Source: an uncultured Acidimicrobiales bacterium
Lineage (GTDB): Bacteria; Actinomycetota; Acidimicrobiia; Acidimicrobiales; SZUA-35
Assembly (NCBI GenBank): GCA_938029215.1
Contig: CALHFG010000018.1
Location: forward strand, 49,444-113,443
Length of the DNA: 64,000 nucleotides
Direction of reading: 5' to 3'
The notes below the pieces were generated by a model. That model saw only the letters and a program-made list of their open reading frames with translations, was not told where the DNA came from and ran no database searches. Numbering within the stretch: the stretch's first letter is position 1; each line of letters begins with the position of its first letter. Position numbers and translations under genes: made by a program. This document shows, in pieces, positions 7,910 through 15,604 of the stretch.

Positions 7910-9676
7910 GTGGACAACTTTGACGGCACCGAGACCGAACGTGCCGCATGGGCCATGGTGGAAAGCTCCCCCGATGGCATGCTCCTCGCCGATGAACAGG
8001 GTCAGATTCTGCTCGTCAACACCCAAGTTGAAGAACTCTTTGGGTACACACGCGCCGAGCTGCTGGGGCTGAGCATCGAGGTGTTGGTGCCGGAACGGCT
8101 ACGGAAAGTGCATTCCGCGCACCGAACCCGATACCGAGTCGACCCGAAGCCTCGCTCGATGGGCGGAGACCTCGACCTTCGGGCACTCCGCAAAGACGGA
8201 ACAGAGTTCCCGGTCGAAGTGTCACTCAGTCCGCTCCAGACCGGAAGCGAGACCCGTGTGATCGCCACGATTCGTGACGTCACGTTGCGGTATGAAGCCG
8301 AGGCCGAGTCGCACGCCGTGCTTCACACCATGAACGCCACTCGCGATGGCGTATTCATGTTCGACCCCGACACTTTGGCCTTTACCTATGTAAACGAAGG
8401 TGCCGTGCGGCAACTCGGCTACACGAGGGACGAACTCCTCGGCATGACCCCACTTCACATCAAACCGATGTTCGATGAAGGGTCGTTTCGAGAGCTGTTG
8501 CGACCCCTTGTTTCCGACGAAGTGAAATCTCATGTCTTTACGACAAGTCATCGACGCAAAAGCGGTGAAGACGTCCCTGTCGAGATCATCCTCGAATACC
8601 CAGAGGCAGTAGATGCGGGTCGCAGTCGCCGGCTGGTGGCCATCGTCCGAGACATCTCAGAGCGAGTCCAGGCCGATCTGGCGTTGGCCACGAGCGAGGA
8701 AGCATTCCGCACCGCGTTTGACTCCGCCCCGGTCGGCATGGCGCTGGTGGACTTCAATGATCCGGTACGACGCCCGATCACCCGGGTGAATCAAGCTCTT
8801 TGTGAGTACTTGGGTTATGAAGCCGACCAGCTTTTGACGATGGGGTTCGCAGAACTCACCCATCCCGATGATGCCGAAGTCAGCGATCAACAAGCGCTTC
8901 GAGCCGTCGATGGAAAAGCGTCCCAGTTTGCGGTAGAGAAGCGATACCTGCACGCCGATGGACATGCCGTTTGGGCGTGGGTCCACTCGGCGGTGCTCGA
9001 TAACGGCATCGACTCCCCTACCAGCGTGCTGGTACACGTTGCGGACATGACCGAAGCACGCCGAGCTCAGCAGGATGAGGCTCGTCTTCGGATCCTGGAG
9101 GACCGAGAGCGGCTCGCTGAAGACCTCCATGATCTCATCATCCAACGACTGTTTGCAGCAGGAATGGGTCTGCAGTCGCTGCAGACCCGCGTTACCGACC
9201 CGATCACCGCCGACCGTCTGGCCCGTACCGTCGACGAGTTGGACCACACCATCGCGGATCTCCGGAACGCCATTTTCCGCCTGCACTCTCCGTTTGAATC
9301 AAGCGTGCGGCACGACATCGAAGAGGCGGTCCACAATGCCAATCGCTCACTTGGGTTCACGCCTCAGCTCACCTTTGAAGGCGACCCCAGTCAGATCGCA
9401 GCTCCGGTAGCCGAACAACTGATGCCAGTTCTGTCAGAGGCACTCATGAATATTGCCAAACATGCTGATGCAACCGCCGCCGCGGTATCGCTCGCAATCG
9501 ACGAGCGGGTGGAGCTCACAATCCGCGACAACGGCTGCGGGTTCGTCGAGCAGCGTACGGGAGGTCATGGGATCAATAACATGCGCTCCCGAGCCGAGCG
9601 ACTTGGTGGCACTGTCGCCCTCGAGTCACCCGCCGACGGCGGCACACAGTTGGTGTGGACCGCCGTCAACCGCTAG
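7910..9676 (+). CDS. cytoplasmic sensor histidine kinase: PAS(FixL-like)-PAS-PAS-HisKA_3-HATPase_c
   Basis: 588 aa. GTG start lies 8 nt after GGAGGA. No TM segment. H-box is RLAEDLHDLIIQRLF (His407 codon 9128-9130). N-box is EALMNIAKHA, with G-boxes DNGCGF and GHGINNM. PAS1 aligns without gaps to the B. japonicum FixL haem-PAS as I recall it, and His68 (8111-8113) falls on the proximal His. Confidence 0.9.
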   Translation: MDNFDGTETERAAWAMVESSPDGMLLADEQGQILLVNTQVEELFGYTRAELLGLSIEVLVPERLRKVHSAHRTRYRVDPKPRSMGGDLDLRALRKDGTEFPVEVSLSPLQTGSETRVIATIRDVTLRYEAEAESHAVLHTMNATRDGVFMFDPDTLAFTYVNEGAVRQLGYTRDELLGMTPLHIKPMFDEGSFRELLRPLVSDEVKSHVFTTSHRRKSGEDVPVEIILEYPEAVDAGRSRRLVAIVRDISERVQADLALATSEEAFRTAFDSAPVGMALVDFNDPVRRPITRVNQALCEYLGYEADQLLTMGFAELTHPDDAEVSDQQALRAVDGKASQFAVEKRYLHADGHAVWAWVHSAVLDNGIDSPTSVLVHVADMTEARRAQQDEARLRILEDRERLAEDLHDLIIQRLFAAGMGLQSLQTRVTDPITADRLARTVDELDHTIADLRNAIFRLHSPFESSVRHDIEEAVHNANRSLGFTPQLTFEGDPSQIAAPVAEQLMPVLSEALMNIAKHADATAAAVSLAIDERVELTIRDNGCGFVEQRTGGHGINNMRSRAERLGGTVALESPADGGTQLVWTAVNR

Positions 9677-9682
9677 AGGCGC

Positions 9683-10132
9683 TCAGTCGGCGTCTTCCTT
9701 CACGACCAAGACCGAGCAGTGAGCATGATGAATAACCTTGGTGGAGACGCTTCCGTGTAGCAGCCGCTTCGCCGGGCCTTCGCCTCGAGATCCGACGACG
9801 ATCAAATCAGCTCCCGTCGCATCGGCAACGTCGAGAATCCCGTCCGCTGGATCGGCACCCATCATGTGAGTAACGGGGTCAACGTCAGCAAGCTTGCAGA
9901 TACTGATCGCTTTGGTGATGCGTTCCTCGCCGAAGTAGTCGGCGTGTAACTGCGGCCAAAACTCCGATGGCAGCGCCTTCTTCAGCTCATAGAGCTGTCC
10001 CGGGGTCAGCGGACGGATGGCCGTAACGATATGGAGCTTCGCACCCTGTTCGGCGGCGATCCGAGCAGCTGCGGTAACCGCCTTTTCGGCGTTTGTTGAG
10101 CCGTCGGTTGCGGCGACGATTGTCTTGAACAT
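9683..10132 (-). CDS. universal stress protein
   Basis: 149 aa. MFKTIVAATDGS...DLIVVGSRGEGPAKRLLHGSVSTKVIHHAHCSVLVV (G-x2-G-x9-G-S ATP-binding type). Confidence 0.9.
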   Translation of the reverse strand: MFKTIVAATDGSTNAEKAVTAAARIAAEQGAKLHIVTAIRPLTPGQLYELKKALPSEFWPQLHADYFGEERITKAISICKLADVDPVTHMMGADPADGILDVADATGADLIVVGSRGEGPAKRLLHGSVSTKVIHHAHCSVLVVKEDAD

Positions 10133-10191
10133 AGTGACCTCCTGTAGATGGGCTCCCTTTCAGCATGCGTCGCCTTGGGCACTCCTCGGAA

Positions 10192-10205
10192 GGGCCCAAG
10201 GTCCC
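10192..10205. promoter_or_regulatory. DosR-box-like palindrome GGGCC-CAAG-GTCCC (9/10 half-site matches)
   Basis: Read directly in the divergent promoter between the USP gene (start 10132) and the HPF-like gene (start 10333). Confidence 0.45.
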
Positions 10206-10332
10206 TCGGTCACGACACCTGCGGTGAAGGTTCGGTATCGACCATCGGTGACCTACGGCCCTTCTACCGCTGTCGTATACCGACGAGGGTGGAGGTGAGC
10301 ACCAAAGCTGTGCCAATAACGAAGGAGAGCCA

Positions 10333-11754
10333 ATGCCGGATGGAAGAGTTCACCGCATCGACCCCGACACCGAGTCGGTATACATCATTCGCCGAGGTCG
10401 CACCTACCGAGCACCCCTGAACGAAGTCGAGGCTGCAGCCCGGGTTCCGAGCGCTCGCGTGCAGTTCGGTCTGCGCAGGCGCAACGGCGAAGAAAGCGCC
10501 GAAGGCGTGACCTTGCGTCGAGGCACGCGCACCAACAAGCGTCACCGCCGGTTCGGCGACCTCACCGGAGCCGCCCGTCCCGGCGCCAAGACTCGAACCC
10601 GGACCCAGCAAGACTTCGGAATCGATGTCACGACACAGCCGCGCCGAGTCGCGGAGGCATGGGTGAACGCTATGAATACCGCGGACTTCGACGGCGCAGC
10701 CTCGCTGTACTTGCCCGAGGCCAAAGTTCACACCGATGCCGGCACCATTTCTGGACGCCGCAAGGTTCGGGCCGCCCTCGAAGACTGTGGATGGGAAGTT
10801 GGGCAATCTGATGTCACGTTCCACGTCGACGATCGCTTCGTGGACATCCATCACGGCGGTTCGGCCCACGAGCTGGATTCTTCGCTCATGATCAGCAAAG
10901 GTGCGATCGTTGAGCACTGGTTCGGACCCAGCTATGAAAGCGGTGCCGAGAAAGAGGACGATCAGCCTGTCATCGAGGTTGTAAACCGAACCGGTGTCAG
11001 CGCCGTAGCGGTCACGAATGCCGAGGAACGAATGTCGACGGTGATCGCCGGCATTCCGGAGAAGGTTTTGTCGGCGCGCATCAAATTGGCACTCGCTCCG
11101 AAACCACGGTCCATGCTTGCCGCCCACGTCGAAACAACGTTCGAACTGGAGAACGGCGGTGTCATTCGCGTCCACGCCGGCGCAACAACGCTTTCCGAGG
11201 CGATCGACCAGGCGCTCTCAAAGTTCGCCGCAAAGCTGGAACGCACACGCGATCGAGATCGACACAACCCGACGGGCGTAGCTCCGAACCCCAACCAATG
11301 GCGTCACGCCAACCGGCCAAGCGACGGGCTTCCCTATTTCGATCGACCTCCGGAAGAACGGGAAATCGTTCGCCACAAGACAGTCGCGGCAGCGCAGATG
11401 ACGATCGAGGAGGCCGCATGGGACGCCGATCTCATGGCGTTTGACTTCTTCCTCTTCGAGGAGATCTCCACCGGTCATGATTGCCTCCTCGAACGCAATG
11501 ACGACGCATACGTCGTGTACGGCATGGGACTGGGAGTCCAGACCATCCCCAGCGCGATGGGAGATCTCAACACCAGCGATGCGACCGTTCCCACAGAACG
11601 GCTGAGTGCTGCGATCGAGATACTCCATGGTTCCGGAGCGCCGTACCACTTCTTCATTAACGAAGCGACCGGCAGAGGGAACGTGATCTATCGACGACTA
11701 GACGGCCACTACGGCTTGATCACGCCTCGGGTCAGCGTCACTCGTACCGACTGA
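10333..11754 (+). CDS. ribosome hibernation factor of the Rv0079/RafH type (HPF N-domain plus two tandem HPF C-terminal-like domains), with an extra ~200-aa N-terminal region (small beta-barrel, basic linker, NTF2/SnoaL-like domain)
   Basis: 473 aa. ATG is preceded by GAAGGAGAG. Residues 212-306 (VIEVVNRTG...ARIKLAL...VETTFEL...IRVHAGATTLSEAIDQALSKFAAKLER) fit the S30AE/YfiA fold pattern. Residues 343-396 (EIVRHKTV..MTIEEAAWDADLMAFDFFLFEEISTGHDCLLER) and 420-466 (PYHFFINEATGRGNVIYRRLDGHYGLITP) are two HPF-CTD-like repeats. Residues 103-197 (AEAWVNAMNTADFDGAASLY...GAIVEHWF) look NTF2/SnoaL-like. Confidence 0.85.
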   Translation: MPDGRVHRIDPDTESVYIIRRGRTYRAPLNEVEAAARVPSARVQFGLRRRNGEESAEGVTLRRGTRTNKRHRRFGDLTGAARPGAKTRTRTQQDFGIDVTTQPRRVAEAWVNAMNTADFDGAASLYLPEAKVHTDAGTISGRRKVRAALEDCGWEVGQSDVTFHVDDRFVDIHHGGSAHELDSSLMISKGAIVEHWFGPSYESGAEKEDDQPVIEVVNRTGVSAVAVTNAEERMSTVIAGIPEKVLSARIKLALAPKPRSMLAAHVETTFELENGGVIRVHAGATTLSEAIDQALSKFAAKLERTRDRDRHNPTGVAPNPNQWRHANRPSDGLPYFDRPPEEREIVRHKTVAAAQMTIEEAAWDADLMAFDFFLFEEISTGHDCLLERNDDAYVVYGMGLGVQTIPSAMGDLNTSDATVPTERLSAAIEILHGSGAPYHFFINEATGRGNVIYRRLDGHYGLITPRVSVTRTD

Positions 11755-11781
11755 GCACAAGGAGCGGGTGTTCGGTCCCAC

Positions 11782-12504
11782 TCACTCGTACCGTTTGCGA
11801 GCCCGTTCATCGAGACGGGCCGCAAATGCGGCGGCCTCGGTTCGGCGGGTCATCCCCAGCTTCGCCAGGAGATTCGACACGTAATTCTTGACCGTCTTTT
11901 CGGCAAGGAACATCTCATCAGCGATCTGACGGTTAGACCTTCCCTCACCGATGAGGTCGAAGATCCGGTGTTCTTGCGGGGTCAACGTGGAGACCAGGCC
12001 TTCTTCGCTGTCCTTGAGCCGTCCCATCGCCATCCGAACCGTGGCCGCATCGAGCAATGCAGCGCCCGAAGAGACTTTTCTGATCGACTCGACCAAATCA
12101 TTGCTCCGAATTTGCTTCAGCACATATCCAGCGGCCCCCGCGAACGAGGCATCGACTATGGCGTGGTCATCTGCAAACGACGTGAGAATCAAGCAGGCGA
12201 TCTCGGGAAACTGTGAGCGAATATCGCGGCAGACCTCGATCCCGTTGCCATCTTCGAGTCGCACATCGAGGACTGCGACATCGGGCTGGCACCGCTCGAC
12301 CTCGCGCAATGCCTCGGTGGCTCCGGCTGCCTCGCCAACAACGACGATGTCGGGTTCGGCCTCGAGGAGGTCGGCAACTCCGCGGCGAACAATCTCGTGG
12401 TCGTCGAGAAGAAAGACCCGGATCGAGTCGGTCGAGCTAGTGGGTGTCACGTCGTCTGCGCTCATCATCTTTTCCATTGTCTCGACAACTGCCATAGCTG
12501 CCAT
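11782..12504 (-). CDS. dosR: DevR/DosR-like NarL/LuxR-family response regulator
   Basis: Receiver domain plus LuxR HTH. Long blocks nearly identical to M. tuberculosis DevR as I remember it: [13 protein letters not shown] vs [34 protein letters not shown] vs [27 protein letters not shown], and [25 protein letters not shown] vs [25 protein letters not shown]. The start is uncertain: ATG 12504 is chosen, with alternatives at 12495, 12477, 12468, 12465 or 12567. Confidence 0.9.
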   Translation of the reverse strand: [240 protein letters not shown]

Positions 12505-12531
12505 GGTGCCCACCGATGGTAGGCGCCGGTA

Positions 12532-12545
12532 GGGACCAACGTCCC
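12532..12545. promoter_or_regulatory. perfect DosR-box-type palindrome GGGAC-CAAC-GTCCC (10/10 half-site matches)
   Basis: Read directly. It overlaps the stop codon of the upstream tandem-USP gene (12545-12547) and is centred about 34 nt upstream of the chosen dosR-like ATG (12504). Confidence 0.55.
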
Positions 12546-13426
12546 TATCCGAGCTCCCTTGCAACATCAGGTAGCACGACCGTCACCAACGACGGCTGGT
12601 GGGTGAGAGCGGTGGCGACCGACCCGAGCAGTAGATAGGCGACACCACGAGTACCCCGGGCACCGAGAACGAGAGCGTCAGCACCCTGGGCCACCTTTGG
12701 CAGTTCCGATCGAGGATCACCCGGAACAACCACGATCTCCACCAACTGTTCCGCTTCGTCGTGGGACGCCACCGACGCGACGATCTGACGGACCTCTTCG
12801 GTTGTCGATCGATGAAGGTCTGACTCAACCGATCGGCCGGCGCTATAGGAATAGGCCAGCGAAGCAAAGGTCGATGCCGCTACGACGGTGCCGTCCTTGG
12901 CTACGCGGTCCAACGCCCATCGAAGGGCGCGTTTTGAATTCGGCGATCCGTCGATGCCTACTACTAGTCTCCGAAGCGGTCCACGAACACCAGCGCTCGA
13001 GGGCACGATCGCAACCGCTGACTGCGCGTGCTTTACGCAGTGGGACCCCGTTGACCCGAGCAAGGCGCTCGCGAGCCCACCGCGCCCGCGACACCCGACC
13101 ACGAGCAGATCGGCGGTCATCGAGGCTTCAACGAGCATCTGTCCCGCGTAGTCGGCCGCAACGACATGAGAAGACAACAAGCCAGGGTCCACGGCCTCGA
13201 TGACTGCAGCAGCACGCCGCTCTGCGACCTTTCGGAATATCTCAAGATCGATGGGCTGGGGCGGCGGACCCAGCCCATCGAATGTGGGGCCGATGCTGTA
13301 GGCAGTGGACACGCAGACGGTGCCGAGCTGTTTCTCAGGATCCGTGGCCCACTCGAGGGCAAGTCGAGACTCATCGGAACCATCCACGCCTACGACCACG
13401 GTGCACTTACGGTCCGGTATGTCCAT
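12545..13426 (-). CDS. tandem universal stress protein (2 USP domains)
   Basis: 293 aa. VVVGVDGSDES...LLVVGCRGRGGLASALLGSTGSHCVKHAQSAVAIV, then LVVGIDGSPNS...ALVLGARGTRGVAYLLLGSVATALTHQPSLVTVV. It lies directly upstream of the dosR-like gene, like Rv3134c-devR in M. tuberculosis. Confidence 0.85.
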   Translation of the reverse strand: MDIPDRKCTVVVGVDGSDESRLALEWATDPEKQLGTVCVSTAYSIGPTFDGLGPPPQPIDLEIFRKVAERRAAAVIEAVDPGLLSSHVVAADYAGQMLVEASMTADLLVVGCRGRGGLASALLGSTGSHCVKHAQSAVAIVPSSAGVRGPLRRLVVGIDGSPNSKRALRWALDRVAKDGTVVAASTFASLAYSYSAGRSVESDLHRSTTEEVRQIVASVASHDEAEQLVEIVVVPGDPRSELPKVAQGADALVLGARGTRGVAYLLLGSVATALTHQPSLVTVVLPDVARELG

Positions 13427-13462
13427 GTGATCTGCTCGCTGACCCGGTTCCGCGTGGCCCGG

Positions 13463-13825
13463 TTAGACCGTGGCCTCGAACTGGTGCATGTGAAACTGCT
13501 CGAGCGCTTCTAGCGCTTCGGATCCGTACACGGCGGCCGGTCCGCCTCCCATCAGAATGGCAACACCGACGGCCTCTTTGATCTCTGGCGGGGTAGCTCC
13601 AGCTTTCAGCGCGTCATAAGTGTGGAGTGCGATGCACCCATCGCAGTGACTGGTGATGCCAATCGCCAGGGCAATGAGTTCCTTGGTCTTGGTGGAGAGC
13701 TCGCCTTCGGCCATCGACTGGCGGTGCAGCTCACCAAACCCAGCCATTACCTCAGGCAACTCGTTTCCTAGATTCCGAATTCCCTTCAGAAGATCGTCTC
13801 GGCGGTGTATGAACTTGGTTGCCAT
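13463..13825 (-). CDS. carboxymuconolactone decarboxylase (AhpD-like) family protein with CxxC
   Basis: Track ORF 13463-14128 trimmed to ATG 13825 (120 aa). ELIALAIGITSHCDGCIALH is the AhpD/CMD CxxC core. The longer form would overlap the divergent USP gene and its promoter. Confidence 0.85.
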   Translation of the reverse strand: MATKFIHRRDDLLKGIRNLGNELPEVMAGFGELHRQSMAEGELSTKTKELIALAIGITSHCDGCIALHTYDALKAGATPPEIKEAVGVAILMGGGPAAVYGSEALEALEQFHMHQFEATV

Positions 13826-13885
13826 GGGCCCCTCATTTCGGTTAGGTGATGCTCTCATTGAAGGCGGTAGCCGTCGCGGTCCCCA

Positions 13886-13899
13886 GAGTCCTTGGTCCC
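13886..13899. promoter_or_regulatory. DosR-box-like site GAGTC-CTTG-GTCCC (8/10 half-site matches)
   Basis: Read directly in the divergent promoter between the CMD-USP-dosR-like operon (start 13825) and the USP gene (start 13989). Confidence 0.35.
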
Positions 13900-13988
13900 A
13901 ACTGCGGTATTGACCAAAGCCTCTAGCCCGATGTGTGCCGCGCACATAGGTTCGTGTCAGCCAACTCGGTCGAAAGAAAGGCCATCCG

Positions 13989-14813
13989 ATGACACATGCA
14001 ACCGCGGGAAGCCCCCCATCACTCATTGGTGATCGAACAATCTTCGAGATCGCCCTGCCGGTCACGTTCACATCAGCAGACGACCGAGTCCGCACGTTCG
14101 CCATCGAGCTATGCCGAAGGTGGAGCATTCCCCTCCGGCTGATCTACGTCTCTGACTCGATTGAGCCGTCGATACCGCAGCTCGAAGATCTGGCCGCGCA
14201 TATCAGGCGGCGCCACGAGGCGCTGACGGTAAAGACCAGCCATGTCTATGGTCACGACGCCGCGGTCGGGATTTGTTCCACCGTGTTCCCTCGATCCTTG
14301 GTTCTGATGCCCACCGACCACGCTGACGAGTGGAAGATGAAGGGATCGGTGGCCGAGATCGTCGTGATGTCGGCCGGGGTTCCCGTGCTCCTGTTTGGGC
14401 CCAACGTCGGCACGTTCCGACCCGGCGCAGACATCGTTGTTGGTCTCGATGGTTCAGCCTCTGCCGAGGCAGTGCTGCCCGCCGCCCTCGGGCTGGCACA
14501 GGCATTCGACGCCCAACTCTGGCTTGTTCAAGTCGTTCCGGTTGGCGTTGACGACGAAATCAACGTGGACATCGCAACCTACATCCAGGATCAGGCGGCG
14601 GTGATCGAGATCCCTCATCATCGAACCGGCTGGGAACTCATTCACAGCAACAACCCTGTGTCGGCGCTCGCCTCGTTCGCCGAGGCCCGCAATGCATCGA
14701 TGATCCTTGCCGGTGCTCGCGGTCGTACCGATCCTCACCGTCAATCGATGGGGAGCATAAGCATGGGTTTGGTGTCGACCGGCACCGTGCCGGTGCTGAC
14801 CCTTGCGGTGTAG
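13989..14813 (+). CDS. tandem USP-domain protein (first domain divergent)
   Basis: 274 aa. The second half is clearly USP (IVVGLDGSASAE...MILAGARGRTDPHRQSMGSISMGLVSTGTVPVLTL). The first half has the USP layout but weak motifs. Confidence 0.75.
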   Translation: MTHATAGSPPSLIGDRTIFEIALPVTFTSADDRVRTFAIELCRRWSIPLRLIYVSDSIEPSIPQLEDLAAHIRRRHEALTVKTSHVYGHDAAVGICSTVFPRSLVLMPTDHADEWKMKGSVAEIVVMSAGVPVLLFGPNVGTFRPGADIVVGLDGSASAEAVLPAALGLAQAFDAQLWLVQVVPVGVDDEINVDIATYIQDQAAVIEIPHHRTGWELIHSNNPVSALASFAEARNASMILAGARGRTDPHRQSMGSISMGLVSTGTVPVLTLAV

Positions 14814-14818
14814 ATCGG

Positions 14819-15526
14819 TCAGAACTGACTGGCGTTGGTAACGCTCTGCCAGTCAGCGGCCACATTGCCCTTGTCCGGAAAGCCGCCCATGTCCTTCAGA
14901 ATCTTTGCCTGGTGCATGAGGTTCCAGGCCATGATCGTGGTGTTCCGGTTGGTGAAGTCGTTGTCGAAACCAAACGGACGACCGGTATCAGGGTCGGCAT
15001 CACCGTAACTCGGCCCCGGGCCGGCTTCGCCGATCCATCCGCAGTCCGCCTGCGGTGGCACCACATAACCAATGTGCTGGAAGGCATACAGCAGTTCCAT
15101 ACTTACCGCCTTAACACCGTCTTCGTTGCCGGTGACGATGCACCCCGCGGTCTTCCCATAGTAGAGATACTGCCCCTTGGCGTTCTTCTCGCCACTGGAC
15201 GCGTACATGCGCTCGATTGCCAAGGTCGCCAAGCTGCTCTTTACTCCGAGCCAAATTGGGCTGCCGATCACCAGAATGTCCGCTGCCATGATCTTTGCTT
15301 GAATCGAGGGCCACTCATCGGCTTCGGCCCCGTTGTCGGCAACCGCGTCGGTAACCATGCCGAATCCAATGCGATGATCCAGCATGTGGATGAGTTCGAC
15401 GTCGACACCTTCCGAGCGCATGATTCCGGCGCTCTTTTCCATCAATTTCCTCGTGTGCGAATCGGCTGCATGGCGCTGAAGCGACGCATTGAGGTAGACA
15501 GCGGACAATCCTTCGAATTCGGGCAT
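14819..15526 (-). CDS. flavodoxin-like fold NAD(P)H-dependent FMN reductase family protein
   Basis: 235 aa. AVYLNASL...ADILVIGSPIWLGVKSS...GKTAGCIVTGNEDG pattern of multimeric flavodoxin/FMN-reductase proteins. Confidence 0.8.
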   Translation of the reverse strand: MPEFEGLSAVYLNASLQRHAADSHTRKLMEKSAGIMRSEGVDVELIHMLDHRIGFGMVTDAVADNGAEADEWPSIQAKIMAADILVIGSPIWLGVKSSLATLAIERMYASSGEKNAKGQYLYYGKTAGCIVTGNEDGVKAVSMELLYAFQHIGYVVPPQADCGWIGEAGPGPSYGDADPDTGRPFGFDNDFTNRNTTIMAWNLMHQAKILKDMGGFPDKGNVAADWQSVTNASQF

Positions 15527-15604
15527 TCGTTCGTTTTAGTCGATCAGCGCGACGCAAGCTCCATCGCGACCTCCCTTCGGGCGATCCACAGCTAGTCTCA
15601 AGCC

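Noticed and set aside
10264-11175. 303-aa minus-strand ORF opposite the HPF-like gene
   Set aside because: The plus-strand frame carries the HPF N- and C-domain motifs and a strong SD. The minus-strand frame has no motif.
13878-13891. Second overlapping box-like sequence GGTCCCCAGAGTCC next to the 13886-13899 site
   Set aside because: It does not fit the GGGAC-N4-GTCCC register, because the left half-site position reads GCCGT. It probably just reflects the neighbouring site.
13826-14128. N-terminal 101-aa extension of the AhpD-like ORF (track 13463-14128)
   Set aside because: The extension has no family similarity. It would overlap the divergent USP gene and consume the shared promoter. An internal ATG at 13825 gives a normal 120-aa CMD protein.
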